A stretch of DNA of 64,000 nt from Eledone cirrhosa (lineage: Eukaryota), in the NCBI GenBank assembly GCA_964016885.1, contig OZ024742.1, positions 59,706,001 to 59,770,000 of the forward strand. The letters run 5' to 3'. The notes below the pieces were generated by a model. It saw only the letters and a list, made by a program, of their open reading frames with translations, did not search any database and was not told the DNA's origin. The translations under genes were made by a program, and so were the position numbers. This document shows positions 26,407 through 39,146 of this stretch, piece by piece (position 1 is the first letter of the stretch; every line of letters begins with the position of its first letter).

Positions 26407-27129
26407 GCTCTACCAGTTCGAGACAAGCTCTACAGACATGGGCGCCCGGGCAGGGACCCTGCAAAAAATATCTGTCCGAGGTGCGTGCGAGACGACGAAA
26501 CCGTCGCGCACGCATTCATACACTGCCCGGGCGTCACTGACCTGTGGGGCTATGTAGAACGACTATTGTCGCGGGTGGGACCAATCCAGTTGACCACCGA
26601 GTCCATTGTCATGATCAAACCACCACCCTCCTTCAAAAACGAAGGAGAGGCGGTTTTCCTTTGTGTGATAGCTATGGCGAAAGAGGTTGTATGGTGGACA
26701 AGGTTGAAAGGGCTGAGGTCAGACACCTTTCTCTCCGGCCAACAACTGATTCTTTTTTTCAAATACCACTTTGGAAGAAGAATCAGGATGGAGAGAGAGG
26801 TGCTGTACCCCAGCAAGTTTTATGAAAGGTGGATGAAAGTGGCGAGAATGGCCCGAGTGAATGGGCCTTCTCTCTATATCAGCCTGTAGGTTGAGGAAAA
26901 GGAGGAGGAGAGGAAAGGAGTACAAGCTCTTCGTACTCCTGGAGATGAGGGTTGCACATTTTTTTTCGGGGGTATGTGTTACCCATATAAACTGTCTCCC
27001 TCTATTGGGGAAAATCGACTAACTTTTAAATTCCATCTGTGATAACATTTTACACGTTTTTCTTGTATGTAAACTTCCCCCTTTGTATTTGTCCCCTTCT
27101 TTTGTGCCTCTGTGGCTAATAAAGAAATA
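26407..27129 (+). mobile_element. 5'-truncated Tx1-clade LINE copy (sister subfamily)
   Basis: ORF2 C-terminus (ETVAHAFIHC..NGPSLYISL), 3' UTR, AATAAA, then (TATC)3. Confidence 0.92.
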
Positions 27130-27141
27130 TATCTATCTATC

Positions 27142-28217
27142 GCTCAGGCTGCGGCATCTCTACGTATTCCTCACCGGACAACCGGTGTGGGACCCGTTCG
27201 TGAGGCGAGCCTTCCAACGACTCGTCTCGCTGACCGAGCTGCAGTCCTGGGTCAAGCAAAGACCGAGTAAAATGGGCTACTGGCACATCGAAATGTGCTC
27301 AGGCGCTCACAGCCCTCTGGCAGGCGGACCCGGCGATCAGTGGAGTCTCCACTTCGTCATTCTATAGAGGGTTGATCCGTAGCAAGTGTGACGACGCACT
27401 CGGAGAAACTCTAGGCGTAGAGGAAGACGAACTGGCCAGTCTGTTCGGTAGGACCTTCCGCCCGAGACCGATGGACAACTTCCAAAAGTCCCTGGCCTGG
27501 CAGTGCTAACGATGAGCTCTACCAGTTCGAGACAAGCTCTATAGACATGGGCACCCGGGCAGAGACCCTTCGAAAAAGATCTGTCCGAGATGCGTGCGAG
27601 ACGAAGAAACCGTCGCGCACGCATTCATACACTGCCCGAGCGTTACCGACCTGTGGGGCTATGTAGAACGACTATTGTCGCGGGTAGAACCAATCCGGTT
27701 GACCACCGAGTCCATTGTCATGATCAAACCGCCACCCCCTTCAAAAACGAAGGAGAGGCGGTTTTCCTTTGTGTGATAGCTATGGCGAAAGAGGTTAAAA
27801 GGGCTGAGGCCAGACACCTTTCTCTCCGGCCAACAACTGATTCTTTTTTTCAAATACCACTTTGGAAGAAGAATCAGGATGGAGAGAGAGGTGCTGTACC
27901 CCAGCAAGTTTTATGAAAGGCGGGTGAAAGTGGCGAGAATGGCCCGAATGAATGGGCCTTCTCTCTATATCAGCCTGTAGGTTGAGGAAAAAGAGGAAGA
28001 GAGGAAAGCGGTACAAACTCTTCGTACTCCTGGAGATGAGGGTTGCACATTTTTTCGGGGGTTTGTGTTACCCATATGAAATGTCTCCCCCTATTGGGGA
28101 AAATCGAATAACTTTTAAATTGTATTTGTGATAATAATTTACACGTTTTTCTTGTATGTAAACTTCCCCCTTTGTATTTGTCCCCTTCTTTTGTGCCCCT
28201 GTGGCTAATAAAGAAAC
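27142..28217 (+). mobile_element. 5'-truncated Tx1-clade LINE copy (sister subfamily)
   Basis: Highly similar to 26407-27129 with a longer 5' extent; ends AATAAAGAAAC then (TATC)n. Confidence 0.92.
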
Positions 28218-28253
28218 ATATCTATCTATCTATCTATCTATCTCTCTCTCCAA

Positions 28254-28663
28254 CATGGGCCTCAAACATGCGGCCCGCCAACTACTTTTCTATGGCCAGT
28301 GGTAGAACCAATATTTCAGATTCCATTATACCTGGTGAGAATAAGGCGGTGAGCTGGTGGAATCGTTAGTACATCTGGCGAAATGCTTAGTGGTAGTTCT
28401 TCCGCTTGTTACGTTCCGAGTTCAAATTCCGCCGATCTCAACTTTGCCTTTCATCCTTTTGTGGACGATAAATTAAGTACCAGTTGTGAACTGGGATCGA
28501 TGTAATCGACGGGACCCTAAACTCTAAATTTCATGCCTTGTGCCTGTAGTAGAAAAGAAATGATTATAACTGGTGAAAATCATCACCACCACCACGTTTG
28601 GCCCACTGTGCCTCTCCTCCAGGAAGTAATGGCCCTTTCATGTCTTTCAGTTTGAGACCCCTC
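28254..28663. mobile_element. small hAT-type MITE interrupted by a SINE
   Basis: Imperfect TIRs CATGGGCCTCAAAC / GTTTGAGACCCCTC with subterminal GCGGCCCG/GGCCC motifs; TSD unclear. Confidence 0.55.
28343..28562 (+). mobile_element. full-length tRNA-derived SINE (family 1) with TSD
   Basis: GGCGGTGAGCTGG (A box) ..GAGTTCAAATTCC (B box); 18-bp TSD ATTATACCTGGTGAGAAT (28325-28342) / ATTATAACTGGTGAAAAT (28563-28580). Confidence 0.9.
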
Positions 28664-28671
28664 TTCTACAC

Positions 28672-28716
<45 letters not shown>

Positions 28717-28779
28717 CACTTTTCTTTTTTCTGTCTCTGAACTACGCCCATGCTAGAGCACCACCCTGGTAAGTTATGG

Positions 28780-28970
28780 GCACGTCAACAAACCACCAAG
28801 CATTGGTGGGAGCGCAAACGCAAAGACACACACATACATATATACATATATACGACGCGCTTCTTTTAGTTTCGGTCTATCAAATCCACTCACAGGGCTT
28901 TGGTCGGCCCGGGCAGTGGGACTGAACCCGGAAACATGTGGTTGAGCAGCAAGCCTCTTGTCACACCGCG
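28780..28970 (-). mobile_element. tRNA-derived SINE (family 2), internally deleted
   Basis: AGTTTCGGTCTATCAAATCCACTCACAGGGCTTTGGTCGGCCCG..GGGACTGAACCCGG (B box on minus strand); related copies at 39210-39340 and 47800-47985. Confidence 0.78.
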
Positions 28971-28971
28971 C

Positions 28972-29044
<73 letters not shown>

Positions 29045-29047
29045 TAT

Positions 29048-29115
<68 letters not shown>

Positions 29116-29121
<6 letters not shown>

Positions 29122-29340
29122 TTGGAGCTCTGAAATAGCAATATATATATGAATGTATATATAATGTATTTTGCAATACACTTTATGCTTAATTAAAAGC
29201 ATTTTGAAGACCGTATGCTATTGTTTTAGAGTAGTGACAAACTCACTTACTTTAATCTCAGACAAAAAGGGGAGATAAGCCGACAAGGCCTTGTTTCGCA
29301 TTTATTGATGCTTATCAAGGCTAACTACCTCACAGGCATT
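29116..29340 (-). mobile_element. single diverged relative of the 311-bp hammerhead repeat
   Basis: Shares GCTCTGAAATAGC.ATATATAT.TGAAT and CATTTTGAAGACC with the array unit, starts directly after (TA)n, and has a hammerhead at the equivalent position. Confidence 0.75.
29276..29325 (-). ncRNA. type I hammerhead ribozyme, U3-A8 core variant
   Basis: Minus strand: AGCC-TTGATAA-GCAT-CAATAA-ATGC-GAAA-CAAGGCCTTG-TC-GGCT; all three stems pair; GUC triplet. Confidence 0.8.
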
Positions 29341-29368
29341 GCACGAGTGCATTAATAATTATTAATAG

Positions 29369-29373
29369 TGTAC

Positions 29374-29409
<36 letters not shown>

Positions 29410-29432
29410 TATTATTACTTTTTTTTTTTTTT
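29369..29432. repeat. (TAT)n + poly-T tract
   Basis: Direct reading. Confidence 0.9.
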
Positions 29433-29440
29433 CCAATTCA

Positions 29441-32400
29441 ATGATATTCCAGAACAATATAAAAGAGATAATTGGCAATTTAGATTCTGGAACAAAAAAG
29501 ATCATTGGCAAAAAGGGCAGGGGCCCCAGGTTATCACAGCCTGGGCTCGCTCGTCATCGTGCCATTGTAATAGAGCCAAACAAGGCATTTAGTCTTGGCT
29601 GCTGGAACGTACGAACGCTGCTTGACAGGGATTCCTTGGGGCGTCCTGAACGAAGGACGCTCTTGTTGCAGAGGAGCTTCGACGTTACGATCTTGACATC
29701 GTGGCTTTATCTGAGACGAGGCTAGCTGAAGATGGTCATCTTACGGAATTTTGTGGAGAATATACATTCTTCTGGAAAGGAAGAGATGAAGGAACCAGAA
29801 GAGAGGCAGGGGTAGGATTTGCTGTTAAGACTGTGCTTGTGAACAAATTAGAGGAATTCCCAATAGGGATTAGTGAGCGTCTTATGTCCATGAGAGTTCC
29901 GCTGGACAAGGGAAGATATGCTACCCTGGTGAGTGTGTATGCTCCAACTATGAGTTCTGTCGATGAGGAAAAGGTGTCCTTTTACCATGCCTTGAAAGGT
30001 GTTTTAAGAAATATCCCTCAGGCAGACAAAGTCATCGTGTTTGGTGACTTTAATGCTAGAGTGGGTAGGGATTTTAACACATGGAATGTAATCGGAAGGC
30101 ATGGGGTGGGAAAGTGTAACAGCAATGGTATGCTCCTGCTGCAGATGTGTGAGAAGCTGGATCTGTGTGTTACCAACACCATGTTCCAACAAAAGAACAA
30201 ATTCAAGACCACATGGATGCATCCTGCATCTAAGGAATAGCATCTTTTGGACTAAGTCCTAGTCAGGATGCGTGACAGACAGGATGTGCAGTGTGTTCGT
30301 GTTCTTCGTGGAGCTGAGTGCTGGACGGACCACCGCCTGGTACGCGCAAAAGTGAAACTAATCACTAAACGTAAAATCCGGGCTCCTGGTGTTGCCCTGC
30401 CCAAAAGATTGAATGCTGCTCGTCTTAAGGATAAACATGTGAAGAGGACATTGGAAGAAGAGATGCAGGCTGCAGATCTTGGTGAGGATTGACCGACCCT
30501 TAAAAAGTCGGTTTATGATATAGGCAGGCGTGTTCTGGGATTGGCGCAGAGGAAACATCAGGACTGGTTTGATGAGAATGATGTACATATAGAAGACTTG
30601 TAGGCTGATAAGAGGCGTGCTCTGTCACGCTACTTGACGGCAAAACCACAGGAGAGGAATACGTTGCATGAGGAACTCAAGGATGTAAAATCACGTGTTA
30701 GGCGGAGTCTTTCTCAGATGAAGGATCAGTGGTGGAGTGAGAAGGCTGGTGAGACACAAACTGCGTCTGATTCCAATAACACAAAGCTGTTGTACAGTCT
30801 CTTGCGTGAGGTTTATGGACTGTCTTCTTCTCTGGTGACACCGCTTCGCAGCAAGGATGGCAAAGAACTTCTTCGTGACTCACAAGGAATTCTACGAAGG
30901 TGGCGAGAGCACTTTGATGATCTTTTGAATCAGCCGTCTGTCGTCAGTGAAGATTTCCTCAATCTCATTCCAGAAAGTCCTGTGAAAGTAGCTCTCGAAG
31001 AACCTCCGACGCTTGTGGAGGTTGCAGTGGCTATTTCGAAGCTGAACAGTGGAAGATCTCCAGGTATGGATGGCATACATGCTGAGCTCCTACAATATGG
31101 TGGTGAGAGACTCCTGCAACATCTTCACTCTTTGTTTTGCAGGATATGGGCTAATGAATCCGTACCTGAGGACTGGAGAGATGCAGTAATGGTGGTCTTG
31201 TACAAGGGAAAGGGTAACAGTAACGATTGTGGGAACTACAGAGGTATATCATTGCTTTCTGTCGTAGGGAAAGTTTTATGTAGGGTGCTTCTGGACCGTC
31301 TGCTGACACACATTGCAGATTGTGTTCTCCCTGAAAGTCAATCTGGTTTTCGTGCTGGACGCGGCACTACTGATATGATCTTCTCAGCTAGACAGCTCCA
31401 GGAGATGTGCATGGAACAAGGCTTGGATCTGTATCAGGTTTTTGTCGATCTGACAAAAGCTTTCGATACTGTTAACAGAGATGCATTATGGAATGTTCTC
31501 CAGAAACTTGGTTGCCCTGATAAGTTCCTTGCTTTAGTTAGGTCTTTCCATGATGACATGAAGGCTTGGGTTAATGTCGGGGGTAACATGTCGGAGCCTA
31601 TCTCAGTAAAAAATGGAGTGAAACAGGGGGATATTCCAGCACCGACCCTGTTTGCCATATACTTTGCAATGGTTTTCTCTATTGCATTCAGGAATTGCGA
31701 GCATGGTGTTTACATCCGATATCGAACCTCAGGCAGCATATTTAACATCAAGCGCTTTGCTGCGAAGACAAAAGTATTTACATCAATCATAAGAGACCTC
31801 TTGTATGCAGATGATTGCGATCTTGTAGCGCACACAGAGAGTGATATGCAGCACATTTTGAATGCATTTTCTGACGCTTGCACTGCCCTAGGTCTGACTG
31901 TCAGTCTCAAGAAAACCGTCATCATGTACCAACCTGCCCCTGGTAAGCAGTACACTGAACCAAACATCTATGTGTATGGCAAACGACTTGGAGTGGTTGA
32001 TCAGTTTGTCTACCGATCGATACAGCAACCTTGACAGTGAAATCTCACTTAGGATTAGGAAAGCAAGTGATGCTTTCGGAAAGCTAGAAAGGCGACTCTG
32101 GGGTCGGCGAGACATATGCAGGAGGACAAAGGTAAAGGTGTACAGAGCATGTGTCCCTCTTTTCTTCTTTATGCCTGCGAGACCTGGGTCACATATCGAC
32201 ACCACCTTAAGCAATTGGAGCGTTTCCATCAGATGTGTCTCAGACCGATCCATGGCGTTCACTGGAGAGACCACATCAGTGATGTCGAGATTTTGGAAAG
32301 CTCTATGTGTGACAGTATAGAAGCTCTTGCGCTTAAGCAACGACTCCGTTGGTGTGGTCACCTTGCCAGGATGAAGGATTCTAGAATACCAAAACAACTC

Positions 32401-32976
32401 TTTTATGGAGAGTTGGTTAAAGGAAAACGACCGCCACATAAACCAAAAAAGAGGTATAAGGATTCCTTGAAAGCCTCTCTGAAAGACGCTAACATCTCTG
32501 CTGATACATGGGAGAATGTTGCTGCTGATCGTAATAAATGGAGAAAGACTGTATATGAGTGAAAAGTTGCCTTTGAGGCATCTCGAATCGCATACGAGAA
32601 AGTAAAGCGGGATGTGAGGAAGGGCATTGCTGTTGCACTTCCAGACGGCGAGGGTCCTCCTATGGTGCTGACATGCAGCGTCTGTGCGAGACTCTGCCTA
32701 AGCAAAGCTGGACTCGAATGTCATCTTCGCAGTCATAAAGTAAGACCATTGGTTGACTACCAGGCTGCTGTTGGAGATGCTACTCATCATGCTTGCCAAA
32801 CATGTGGTAGAGAATGTAAATCAGCAGGAGGGCTCAAGCGACATGCAAAAGTACACGAACTCCAACCACAGCCGTCTATTCCCAGTGAATGTTTTGGTTG
32901 CCGACTCTGTGCAAGACATTGTAGATCATTGGCTGGGCTAATAAGCCACATTCGATCGCAGCGCTGTTAGTTGCTA

Positions 32977-33014
<38 letters not shown>

Positions 33015-33145
33015 GCTTATGTGTGTGCGTGTGTGTATATATATATGTATATGTATATTATTATTGTTGTTGTCGTTATTATTATTGTTGTTATGATTAT
33101 TATTATTATTATTGTTATTAATGTATGTGTGTGTGTATATGTGTG

Positions 33146-33204
<59 letters not shown>

Positions 33205-33327
33205 CCTTTTTTTTTTCTTTTTATTTATTTATTATTATTATTATTATTATTTTTTTTTTCTTTATTTTTTTTTCTGTCTCCTCGTGCAATGGCCATACTC
33301 GATAACGAGGGGACAGCCATCATCATG
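29441..33327 (+). mobile_element. RTE-clade LINE, near full length
   Basis: Single APE-RT ORF; probable 3' UTR end GGCCATACTCGATAACGAGGGGACAGCCATCATCAT separated from the stop codon by expanded microsatellites. Boundaries approximate. Confidence 0.85.
29580..32970 (+). pseudogene. RTE ORF (APE - RT - three C2H2 zinc fingers) with stops and frameshifts
   Basis: GCWNVRTL, ALSETR, SVYAPT, GDFNARVG, WTDHRL; YRGISLLS, QSGFR, FVDLTKAFD, GVKQGD, LLYADD; stops at 30238, 30490, 30601 and 32560. Confidence 0.92.
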
Positions 33328-33330
33328 TAC

Positions 33331-33361
<31 letters not shown>

Positions 33362-33756
33362 TGTATGTATGTATGTATGTATGTATGTATGCATGTGTGT
33401 GTATGATTGTATTGCTTCTTTTTCTTGTCGTTTCTGTTGTGTTTGTAACTGTTGTCAAAGTTGAAGTTGTCCTTATTTTCATTTTCTTTGATTTCTTTCG
33501 TTTTCTTTTATCTCCTTAGGGAATTCGTTGACAACCTTCTTTTATTTATTTTCTTCGTTTTCTTCATTCAAATGCATTCACACTGGCTGTCTCAGAGACG
33601 TACAAATATGGCTTATAAAACTTACCTAAGTAAATAGCGCTCCAATGCTCCCCTAGCGCCCTCCAAAGCTTCAAACGCGCCCTAACGCCCCCTTGCCTCC
33701 AAACGCCCCCGGGGAGGGGGGGGGGGGGGGCATATGACACCCGTTGAGAACCTTTG

Positions 33757-33846
33757 CTCTAGGGTGAGCTCTCAAACAATCTCTTCATCTTTGCTCCCGA
33801 GGGCCGAACAAAAAATATTGTATACTCTGAGGCTCTACCAATGTAA
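33757..33846 (+). pseudogene. continuation of the Helitron helicase C-terminus
   Basis: SRVS-(frameshift)-SNNLFIFAPEGRTKNIVYSEALPM*, the usual tail after motif VI. Confidence 0.85.
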
Positions 33847-34109
33847 TTTATGTATTTTCTGTTACTTGGAATTTGCATTATGGTTGTATAAATTATTCTA
33901 AAGTTTGTTAAAAAATGTGTTTTCCATTCAGCCTTTATTGTTGTAACTATCAATTTTATTTAACATACTGGCTGCTGAACAGGGGAATCCTAAAAACTAT
34001 TCAAACCCAACATCAGAGCACGTTACCCCCCCCCCCCCACACACACACACACTCGCTGACTTGAGAGAACATGCGGTATTCCTGAAAAGATAAAATGCCG
34101 TATGCCAGT

Positions 34110-35333
<1,224 letters not shown>

Positions 35334-35486
35334 ATAAATGCTCTGAAATAGCGATATATATGTGAATATAGACATAGAATATTCGAAAATATTCTGTATG
35401 TTTATAATAAACATTTTGAAGACCTAATCGCTATAGAATAGAATACGTCACGTATTACAATTAGATTCTCGATAAAAGCAAGGGAA

Positions 35487-35530
35487 GTAAGTCTACGCGT
35501 TTCATTCTTGTTAGAATTCATCAGGACTAC
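35487..35530 (-). ncRNA. minimal type I hammerhead ribozyme (first of 9 minus-strand copies, every 311 bp)
   Basis: GTAGTC-CTGATGA-ATTCT-AACA-AGAAT-GAAA-CGCG-TA-GACTTAC. Confidence 0.88.
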
Positions 35531-38366
35531 ATATCCAGTGCTTTTATCGAGAATGACACAGCTAGAGACTTATAGAATACTTAGCTGTGTACAGGAACTG
35601 GTTTGAAAGAGCGGTTGCCGGTCCGGCAGAAATTAGAAATTGGAATAAATGCTCTGAAATAGCGATATATATGTGAATATAGACATAGAATATTCGAAAA
35701 TATTCTGTATGTTTATAATAAACATTTTGAAGACCTAATCGCTATAGAATAGAATACGTCACGTATTACAATTAGATTCTCGATAAAAGCAAGGGAAGTA
35801 AGTCTACGCGTTTCATTCTTGTTAGAATTCATCAGGACTACATATCCAGTGCTTTTATCGAGAATGACACAGCTAGAGACTTATAGAATACTTAGCTGTG
35901 TACAGGAACTGGTTTGAAAGAGCGGTTGCCGGTCCGGCAGAAATTAGAAATTGGAATAAATGCTCTGAAATAGCGATATATATGTGAATATAGACATAGA
36001 ATATTCGAAAATATTCTGTATGTTTATAATAAACATTTTGAAGACCTAATCGCTATAGAATAGAATACGTCACGTATTACAATTAGATTCTCGATAAAAG
36101 CAAGGGAAGTAAGTCTACGCGTTTCATTCTTGTTAGAATTCATCAGGACTACATATCCAGTGCTTTTATCGAGAATGACACAGCTAGAGACTTATAGAAT
36201 ACTTAGCTGTGTACAGGAACTGGTTTGAAAGAGCGGTTGCCGGTCCGGCAGAAATTAGAAATTGGAATAAATGCTCTGAAATAGCGATATATATGTGAAT
36301 ATAGACATAGAATATTCGAAAATATTCTGTATGTTTATAATAAACATTTTGAAGACCTAATCGCTATAGAATAGAATACGTCACGTATTACAATTAGATT
36401 CTCGATAAAAGCAAGGGAAGTAAGTCTACGCGTTTCATTCTTGTTAGAATTCATCAGGACTACATATCCAGTGCTTTTATCGAGAATGACACAGCTAGAG
36501 ACTTATAGAATACTTAGCTGTGTACAGGAACTGGTTTGAAAGAGCGGTTGCCGGTCCGGCAGAAATTAGAAATTGGAATAAATGCTCTGAAATAGCGATA
36601 TATATGTGAATATAGACATAGAATATTCGAAAATATTCTGTATGTTTATAATAAACATTTTGAAGACCTAATCGCTATAGAATAGAATACGTCACGTATT
36701 ACAATTAGATTCTCGATAAAAGCAAGGGAAGTAAGTCTACGCGTTTCATTCTTGTTAGAATTCATCAGGACTACATATCCAGTGCTTTTATCGAGAATGA
36801 CACAGCTAGAGACTTATAGAATACTTAGCTGTGTACAGGAACTGGTTTGAAAGAGCGGTTGCCGGTCCGGCAGAAATTAGAAATTGGAATAAATGCTCTG
36901 AAATAGCGATATATATGTGAATATAGACATAGAATATTCGAAAATATTCTGTATGTTTATAATAAACATTTTGAAGACCTAATCGCTATAGAATAGAATA
37001 CGTCACGTATTACAATTAGATTCTCGATAAAAGCAAGGGAAGTAAGTCTACGCGTTTCATTCTTGTTAGAATTCATCAGGACTACATATCCAGTGCTTTT
37101 ATCGAGAATGACACAGCTAGAGACTTATAGAATACTTAGCTGTGTACAGGAACTGGTTTGAAAGAGCGGTTGCCGGTCCGGCAGAAATTAGAAATTGGAA
37201 TAAATGCTCTGAAATAGCGATATATATGTGAATATAGACATAGAATATTCGAAAATATTCTGTATGTTTATAATAAACATTTTGAAGACCTAATCGCTAT
37301 AGAATAGAATACGTCACGTATTACAATTAGATTCTCGATAAAAGCAAGGGAAGTAAGTCTACGCGTTTCATTCTTGTTAGAATTCATCAGGACTACATAT
37401 CCAGTGCTTTTATCGAGAATGACACAGCTAGAGACTTATAGAATACTTAGCTGTGTACAGGAACTGGTTTGAAAGAGCGGTTGCCGGTCCGGCAGAAATT
37501 AGAAATTGGAATAAATGCTCTGAAATAGCGATATATATGTGAATATAGACATAGAATATTCGAAAATATTCTGTATGTTTATAATAAACATTTTGAAGAC
37601 CTAATCGCTATAGAATAGAATACGTCACGTATTACAATTAGATTCTCGATAAAAGCAAGGGAAGTAAGTCTACGCGTTTCATTCTTGTTAGAATTCATCA
37701 GGACTACATATCCAGTGCTTTTATCGAGAATGACACAGCTAGAGACTTATAGAATACTTAGCTGTGTACAGGAACTGGTTTGAAAGAGCGGTTGCCGGTC
37801 CGGCAGAAATTAGAAATTGGAATAAATGCTCTGAAATAGCGATATATATGTGAATATAGACATAGAATATTCGAAAATATTCTGTATGTTTATAATAAAC
37901 ATTTTGAAGACCTAATCGCTATAGAATAGAATACGTCACGTATTACAATTAGATTCTCGATAAAAGCAAGGGAAGTAAGTCTACGCGTTTCATTCTTGTT
38001 AGAATTCATCAGGACTACATATCCAGTGCTTTTATCGAGAATGACACAGCTAGAGACTTATAGAATACTTAGCTGTGTACAGGAACTGGTTTGAAAGAGC
38101 GGTTGCCGGTCCGGCAGAAATTAGAAATTGGAATAAATGCTCTGAAATAGCGATATATATGTGAATATAGACATAGAATATTCGAAAATATTCTGTATGT
38201 TTATAATAAACATTTTGAAGACCTAATCGCTATAGAATAGAATACGTCACGTATTACAATTAGATTCTCGATGGACCGGCAACCGCTCTTTCAAACCAGT
38301 TCCTGTACACAGCTAAGTATTCTATAAGTCTCTAGCTGTGTCATTCTCGATAAAAGCACTGGATAT

Positions 38367-38410
38367 GTAGTCCTGATGAATTCTAACAAGAATGAAACGC
38401 GTAGACTTAC
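38367..38410 (+). ncRNA. minimal type I hammerhead ribozyme (first of 3 plus-strand copies)
   Basis: Same motif on the plus strand; predicted cleavage 3' of GUA at 38403, 38714 and 39025. Confidence 0.88.
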
Positions 38411-39146
38411 TTCCCTTGCTTTTATCGAGAATCTAATTGTAATACGTGACGTATTCTATTCTATAGCGATTAGGTCTTCAAAATGTTTATTATAAACATA
38501 CAGAATATTTTCGAATATTCTATGTCTATATTCACATATATATCGCTATTTCAGAGCATTTATTCCAATTTCTAATTTCTGCCGGACCGGCAACCGCTCT
38601 TTCAAACCAGTTCCTGTACACAGCTAAGTATTCTATAAGTCTCTAGCTGTGTCATTCTCGATAAAAGCACTGGATATGTAGTCCTGATGAATTCTAACAA
38701 GAATGAAACGCGTAGACTTACTTCCCTTGCTTTTATCGAGAATCTAATTGTAATACGTGACGTATTCTATTCTATAGCGATTAGGTCTTCAAAATGTTTA
38801 TTATAAACATACAGAATATTTTCGAATATTCTATGTCTATATTCACATATATATCGCTATTTCAGAGCATTTATTCCAATTTCTAATTTCTGCCGGACCG
38901 GCAACCGCTCTTTCAAACCAGTTCCTGTACACAGCTAAGTATTCTATAAGTCTCTAGCTGTGTCATTCTCGATAAAAGCACTGGATATGTAGTCCTGATG
39001 AATTCTAACAAGAATGAAACGCGTAGACTTACTTCCCTTGCTTTTATCGAGAATCTAATTGTAATACGTGACGTATTCTATTCTATAGCGATTAGGTCTT
39101 CAAAATGTTTATTATAAACATACAGAATATTTTCGAATATTCTATG

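Larger units (their letters stand above)
19642..33756. mobile_element. hAT (Charlie/Buster-like) non-autonomous element inflated to 14.1 kb by nested insertions
   Basis: Perfect 14-bp TIRs CAAAGGTTCTCAAC (19642-19655) / GTTGAGAACCTTTG (33743-33756); 8-bp TSD CTCTAGAG / CTCTAGGG; helicase sequence resumes after it. Confidence 0.85.

Noticed and set aside
28343-28430. tRNA gene
   Set aside because: A/B boxes are present, but there is no cloverleaf and it continues into a SINE body with a TSD.
29505-29570. Possible HDV-like ribozyme in the RTE 5' region
   Set aside because: A GC-rich hairpin is visible, but I could not build the nested double pseudoknot.
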